From positions 21,752 through 85,751 of the forward strand of contig JAPPMG010000066.1 of the NCBI GenBank assembly GCA_028819215.1: a stretch of DNA of 64,000 bases, read 5' to 3'. This DNA comes from Bryobacterales bacterium (lineage in GTDB: Bacteria > Acidobacteriota > Terriglobia > Bryobacterales > UBA6623). The position numbers and the translations under genes were made by a program. The notes under the pieces were generated by a model, which saw only the letters and a list, made by a program, of their open reading frames with translations, did no database searches and was not told the DNA's origin. How positions within the stretch are numbered: position 1 is the stretch's first letter; each line of letters starts with the position of its first letter. This document shows, in pieces, positions 59,517-64,000 of this stretch.

Positions 59517-60326
59517 TCAGTAGTCGACCGCAGCGGAATCGTCCGGCTGAATCCGGTCGCTGGGCGGACCGACGTGAATGTGCGGCCCTGTCGACTGGCC
59601 AGGCACGGCGCTGCGGAAAGCGATATAGGGAATCCCCAAGCTCTCCAGCATGTAGATCAGAAACATCCCCTCGTCCGAGTCCGGATGCAACGCCACGTCG
59701 ATCCGGCCGGTGTGGTCCAAGCCCATCGAACGGTGCAGGTACGTGTCACCATCGGCACTGACAGGAGGACTGCTGCCAAAGGTGTAGCGGTACATGTCGC
59801 CGACCTCTTCGAGCATCGCAAGCTCGTAATCGTCAAAGCCCTCGAAGCGATACGCCAATTCCTCGCCCTCAAGCTCTTCCAAGTAAGTCTCGGCAGCAAC
59901 CATGCGCTCCATCTGCCGGATCAGATCGGCCCGCGTGTTGGCCAGCTCGGCTTGCCGCTCGGCGCCAGCGAGCTCATCCTTGGCCTCTTGAAGGCGCTGC
60001 GCCGGGATCACGCCGGCCTCAACCCGCGCCAATGCGAGATCGAGGTTCTCGCGGGCAATTCGGACCAAGCCGTCGGCGGCATCGAGCATCAGCCTGAGCT
60101 CACCCTCCTCGAGTGTTTCGCTGAGCAGCGTGCGGTTCAAGGTCTCTCGATAGCCGCGCTTGAGCCGCTCTGTCTGCGCTTCGACAAGGGCACGCCTCGG
60201 AAGGGCTCCGGCCCGGACCAGGTTCTCGACCCGCTCCAGTTCCGGATCAGCCTGGGCATTCGCCGCGGGCATGGATGCCAAGCCGATTGCGGCGCCGACG
60301 ATCCAAGCACATGCCCGCATACGCAA
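59517..60326 (-). CDS. Secreted hypothetical protein: coiled coil plus C-terminal His-rich putative Zn-peptidase domain
   Basis: Signal peptide, helical repeats, HRSMGLDHTGRIDV and STGPHIHVG. Confidence 0.7.
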   Translation of the reverse strand: MRMRACAWIVGAAIGLASMPAANAQADPELERVENLVRAGALPRRALVEAQTERLKRGYRETLNRTLLSETLEEGELRLMLDAADGLVRIARENLDLALARVEAGVIPAQRLQEAKDELAGAERQAELANTRADLIRQMERMVAAETYLEELEGEELAYRFEGFDDYELAMLEEVGDMYRYTFGSSPPVSADGDTYLHRSMGLDHTGRIDVALHPDSDEGMFLIYMLESLGIPYIAFRSAVPGQSTGPHIHVGPPSDRIQPDDSAAVDY

Positions 60327-60511
60327 TTCATTTTAAGTGCCGAGAGCTCCCACTCTGCCACGCAGGCGATCCCGCGAACGGCGCGGAGTCCGGCCAAGCT
60401 GCCTCCCGCAAAATCGTGGCGGCAGATACCCGAAACGCCATCGCTCGCCTGCCAAGACAAATCTAAGATAATAGGTAGCCGCTTGGCCGCACTCAGGCCA
60501 GCCGAACCTTT

Positions 60512-60853
60512 ATGGAAGATTGGGAAGTTGCCGTACAGGCCGCTCAAGAGCGTAAGGCCCTCGACACGATAGTGCTAAACATCGGCCAGGTCAGCACCTT
60601 CACCGAACAGTTCGTCATCTGCCACGGCACGAACTCGCGACAAGTCCAAGCGATCGCGGACTGGATCGAGAGGAGCGTCAAAGCCCAGGGCCGCAGGCCG
60701 CTGCGCATCGAGGGCTACCAGAACGCCGAATGGATCCTGCTCGACTACGGGGACTTCGTGGTGCACGTGTTCTCGCGCGACAAGCGCTACTACTACGACT
60801 TGGAGCGGCTGTGGAAGGCGGCTCCGAAGCTTCCGATTCCAGTGGCAGCCTGA
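60512..60853 (+). CDS. rsfS: Ribosome silencing factor RsfS
   Basis: KA.D, FVIC.G.N.RQVQAIAD, WILLDYGDFVVHVF, YYDLERLW. Confidence 0.95.
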   Translation: MEDWEVAVQAAQERKALDTIVLNIGQVSTFTEQFVICHGTNSRQVQAIADWIERSVKAQGRRPLRIEGYQNAEWILLDYGDFVVHVFSRDKRYYYDLERLWKAAPKLPIPVAA

Positions 60854-60865
60854 GGGGCTCGCGCG

Positions 60866-61720
60866 CTAACGGTCGGCGATCCGGCCCTGCAAGCGCTGGC
60901 CACGCCGAAAGTGCTCTTCGGCCGAACCGTCGTCGAGCGCGTCGCGCAAGCCTTCCAATTCCCGGACGACTGCGGCGAGCGCCTCGTCAATCGGCCCAGG
61001 GTTCGTCTTCAGGATTCCGGCCCAGACGGCATGCGGGCTCCCGGCCAGCCTGGTCATGTCGCGCAAGCCATCGCCAGCAATCTCTAGGTCGCGCCCGTCT
61101 TGCAGCTGCGTGCCGATCGCAGCCGCGAGCGCGGTAGAAACCAGTTGCGGCAGGTGCGATGTCCAAGCGACGACATTGTCGTGCTGGCTGGCCTGCATCA
61201 CCCGCCGCCGACATCCCATGGCGTCCAGCCATCCGCAGAACTCCTCCACCACCGGAGACTCGGGCAGTGCCTCGCCGGTCGGCACCAGCGCGTATAGGGC
61301 ACCCCGAAACAATTCCGCCTCCGCGACTCGCACGCCCCGGCCCTCTTTGCCAGCCATCGGATGCCCGCCCACAAAGTGCGGCCCATCCTTGAACAGAGCC
61401 CCCGCCCGCTGCATGATCGCGCTCTTGGTACTGCCGGCATCGGTGACCAATGCATGCTTCGGAACGAGCTCCCGCACCTGCCCGAGCTGGTCGATGATCC
61501 GCTCCACGGGCTGCGCCATGTAGACCAAGTCCGACTGCGGCAGGGCAGTCTCAGGCGGGCAGCCGGCGTCAATTACGCCGAGCCTCTCGGCGACTTCCAG
61601 AGTCTCGGGCGAGCTCACGCCCAGAATCCGGCCGCCGTAGCCGATGCGGCGCAATGCCATCGCAAAGGAGCCGCCGATCAGGCCGACGCCGGCGACGGTA
61701 ACCGTGGCGATCGACGGCAC
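60866..61720 (-). CDS. tyrA: Prephenate/arogenate dehydrogenase
   Basis: GVGLIGGS, TDAGSTK, GGHPMAG.E, HD..VA..SHLPQ, DMTRLA.S. Confidence 0.92.
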   Translation of the reverse strand: MPSIATVTVAGVGLIGGSFAMALRRIGYGGRILGVSSPETLEVAERLGVIDAGCPPETALPQSDLVYMAQPVERIIDQLGQVRELVPKHALVTDAGSTKSAIMQRAGALFKDGPHFVGGHPMAGKEGRGVRVAEAELFRGALYALVPTGEALPESPVVEEFCGWLDAMGCRRRVMQASQHDNVVAWTSHLPQLVSTALAAAIGTQLQDGRDLEIAGDGLRDMTRLAGSPHAVWAGILKTNPGPIDEALAAVVRELEGLRDALDDGSAEEHFRRGQRLQGRIADR

Positions 61721-61724
61721 GGGC

Positions 61725-61994
61725 CTAGCTGTCCCGCTCCTGCTGGATTTCCCGCATCTCCTTGATGACGGCCTCGAAGATGCGTTCCAGCGAATCGTTC
61801 TTCAACGGGCCAAGGTTTGACGCCAGGATATTGCCGAGCACCGATTGCTCGCGCACTGGCTCGTGGACCGGCCGACCCTGCTGCCGCTTCAGAGGCGCCA
61901 AGGCCAGCACGCACTCCGCCCGGCGGTTCAGCAGCCGGACCGCCTCCCGGTCCAAGCCGTCAATCTCGGCTCGCAACTCGCTCAGATTCTTCAT
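61725..61994 (-). CDS. Chorismate mutase (AroQ, monofunctional)
   Basis: LSELRAEID.LD...V.LLN.RA, K, P.RE. Confidence 0.9.
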   Translation of the reverse strand: MKNLSELRAEIDGLDREAVRLLNRRAECVLALAPLKRQQGRPVHEPVREQSVLGNILASNLGPLKNDSLERIFEAVIKEMREIQQERDS

Positions 61995-61996
61995 CG

Positions 61997-62869
61997 CTAC
62001 ACAGCCGCCATCCTTGTCGGCCCCTCAGGCAGTTTCAGGCCCCGCTTGAAGTCCCTAGCGAGAGCCTCCAGCTTCCCCTCCAATCCCGAACTGTCCGCAT
62101 GCTCGGCGATCAGGCGCATGAAGGCGCTGCCGACAACGGCGGCGTCGGCATGCGGAGCAATCTGCTGCATCTGCTCGCGCGTTGACAGGCCGAATCCAAG
62201 AGCCAAGGGCAGATCGGTCCTCTCGCGCGTCCGCTCCAGCAGGGGTATGGCCTGGCTGGAAACGCTGGAGCTCACGCCCGTCACGCCGGCCCGCGCAACG
62301 AGATACACGAATCCGCTGCAGCGTTTGACGATCTCAGCAATCCGCGCGCCGGGTGTGCTCTGAGTGACCAAGAAAACACAGCTGAGGCCTCGCCGGCGCA
62401 TCGCTTCCACATATCCGTCCGCCTCCTCGATGGTCAGGTCAGTCAGCAATGCGCCGTCCACACCCGCCTCGGCGGCCTCGTCGGCAAAGCGCTCGAAGCC
62501 GTAGCGCAGGACGGGATTGAGGTAGCTAAACACGACCAGGGGGAGTTCCGAATCCCGGCGCAGCTGGCGGACCAGCGCCAGCACCGTTGCCACGCTGGTG
62601 CCCGCTGCTAGCGCGCGTTCGCTGGCTCGTTGGATGACTGGACCGTCCGCGATCGGATCGGAGAAAGGCACTCCCAGCTCCAAAATATCAACGCCGCCCC
62701 GCTCGAGCGCATTGACGAGGCCGACTGTCCTGTCGGGCGACGGGTCCCCGGCCGTGAGGTAGGCGACCAGCGCACGCGACCCTTGGGCCTGCAGAGCCGC
62801 GAAGGCGCGCTCGATGCGCCCGGACGTCTGGCGGGCCAGCGGTGCCAGCTTGACTTCCGCAGCGCTCAC
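61997..62869 (-). CDS. trpA: Tryptophan synthase alpha subunit
   Basis: YLTAGDP, ELGVPFSDPIADGPVIQ, YLNP, GVTG, GFG, VVGSA. GTG start at 62869 has TACAAT just upstream. Confidence 0.96.
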   Translation of the reverse strand: MSAAEVKLAPLARQTSGRIERAFAALQAQGSRALVAYLTAGDPSPDRTVGLVNALERGGVDILELGVPFSDPIADGPVIQRASERALAAGTSVATVLALVRQLRRDSELPLVVFSYLNPVLRYGFERFADEAAEAGVDGALLTDLTIEEADGYVEAMRRRGLSCVFLVTQSTPGARIAEIVKRCSGFVYLVARAGVTGVSSSVSSQAIPLLERTRERTDLPLALGFGLSTREQMQQIAPHADAAVVGSAFMRLIAEHADSSGLEGKLEALARDFKRGLKLPEGPTRMAAV

Positions 62870-63019
62870 GGCGAAGCCCCATTGTACAAGCAGCCCCGGA
62901 AGCGTTTGCGCGCTGGCCGCCGCGTAGAAGATCGTAGGGCCGGACCGCGATCCAGCAGCCATGGCCCGAGCCCGGCTGGAGTCTCGAGGACCCCGAAGAG
63001 CAAGAGATGGGTTCCTAGA

Positions 63020-63064
63020 TTGACAAGCGCACTCCGGGAAAGTTGTTATAGTTTCTTTACAACT
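63020..63064 (+). promoter_or_regulatory. Promoter with inverted-repeat operator
   Basis: TTGACA (63020), extended -10 TGnTATAGT, and AGTTGT-N12-ACAACT (63041-63064). Confidence 0.55.
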
Positions 63065-63067
63065 GCC

Positions 63068-64000
63068 ATGAGACTCGATCAGTTCGAAGTCGCCCGGTAC
63101 TCCGTGCCATTGCCGCACGTCCTCAGCGACGCCACTCACGGGGAGATTCGCGAGTTCGGACTTGTCACGGTGCGGATCCGGATCCGCAAGGGCCTGGAGG
63201 GTCTCGGCTACACGTACACGGTCGGCAACGTCGGCGCGGCCGCCATCGAGTCGATGATCAAGCGCGACCTGGCGCCGCTGCTATCGGGTAGAGACCTGCG
63301 CTGCACCGAGGCCATCTGGGCCGACATGTGGCAGGCGACGCACTATGTCGGAAGGGGCGGTCCCGCCAGCTTCGCTATCTCGGCCGTGGACACAGCCTTG
63401 TGGGACGCAAAGGCCAAGGGATGTTCCGAGCCGCTCTGGAGACTGCTGGGCGGCAGTTCTCCGAAGGTACGCGCCTACGCCGGCGGAATCGATCTGGGAT
63501 TCTCGCTGGACCAACTGGTGGAGCAAGCCAGGTCGAACCTGAGACGTGGGTTCGGCGCGCTGAAAGTGAAGGTCGGGGCCGACCGCCTGAGAAACGATCT
63601 CGAACGAGTCGAGGCCCTTCGTGATGTCCTCGGCCCAGACGGCCCGCTGATGGTGGACGCAAACATGAAATGGAGCGTGTCCGACGCGATCCGGGCGTCG
63701 CGGGCGCTGGCTGACTTTGACGTCTACTGGCTCGAGGAGCCAACCGACCCAGCAGACGTGGACGGCCACGTGCGCATCCAGCGCGAAGGCTCGCTACCGG
63801 TCGCCGCGGGCGAGAACCTGCACACGCTGGCCGAATTCGAGGCCATGATCTCGGCAGGAGCGGTAGCGTTCCCAGAACCGGACCTGACGAACTGCGGGGG
63901 CGTCACGGCCTGGATGAAGATCGCCCACCTGGCAGAGGCGCACAACCTGCCGGTCACCTCGCACGGAGTGCATGACCTGCACGTGAGCCTGCTGGCCGCA
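63068..64000 (+). CDS. Mandelate racemase/muconate-lactonizing-enzyme family protein (partial, runs off the right edge; absent from the ORF track)
   Basis: Manual translation MRLDQFEV...GLGYTYT...SAVDTALWD...KVKVG...MVDAN...WLEEP...AGEN...TSH. Confidence 0.92.
   Translation, partial: MRLDQFEVARYSVPLPHVLSDATHGEIREFGLVTVRIRIRKGLEGLGYTYTVGNVGAAAIESMIKRDLAPLLSGRDLRCTEAIWADMWQATHYVGRGGPASFAISAVDTALWDAKAKGCSEPLWRLLGGSSPKVRAYAGGIDLGFSLDQLVEQARSNLRRGFGALKVKVGADRLRNDLERVEALRDVLGPDGPLMVDANMKWSVSDAIRASRALADFDVYWLEEPTDPADVDGHVRIQREGSLPVAAGENLHTLAEFEAMISAGAVAFPEPDLTNCGGVTAWMKIAHLAEAHNLPVTSHGVHDLHVSLLAA

Overview
High-GC chromosomal window with about 55 densely packed genes. It most likely comes from an Acidobacteriota (Bryobacterales-like) genome; this is inferred from the GWxTD protein, the DUF6982-like protein, the TsaD insertion and the Omp85-SurA-TamB gene order. 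Housekeeping and envelope genes: Omp85/SurA-like/TamB, tsaD, trxB, xerD, fabZ-lpxA-lpxI, thiC, thrB, a PPi-type pfk, a lone nuoA, rsfS and trpA-chorismate mutase-tyrA. Catabolic or exported proteins: a sulfatase, Tat-exported enolase/isomerase/oxidoreductase enzymes, a GH113-like fusion and Na+/solute symporters. There are two small toxin-antitoxin islets (GGCT + Phd/VapC; HipB/HipA + VIT1 + AAA-DUF4143). I saw no rRNA, tRNA, CRISPR array, transposase or prophage. Best unexplained signals: (1) upstream of tsaD, a promoter, perfect Shine-Dalgarno, 18-codon ANN-rich uORF and hairpin, a candidate t6A-sensing leader; (2) a ~226-nt rod-like structured RNA (6S-like) between thiC and a DHH nuclease; (3) a TPM-nucleotidyltransferase-LemA module; (4) pervasive leaderless-type promoters; (5) a HipA lacking its autophosphorylation serine. 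All product calls come from recognising motifs by eye, not from database searches.
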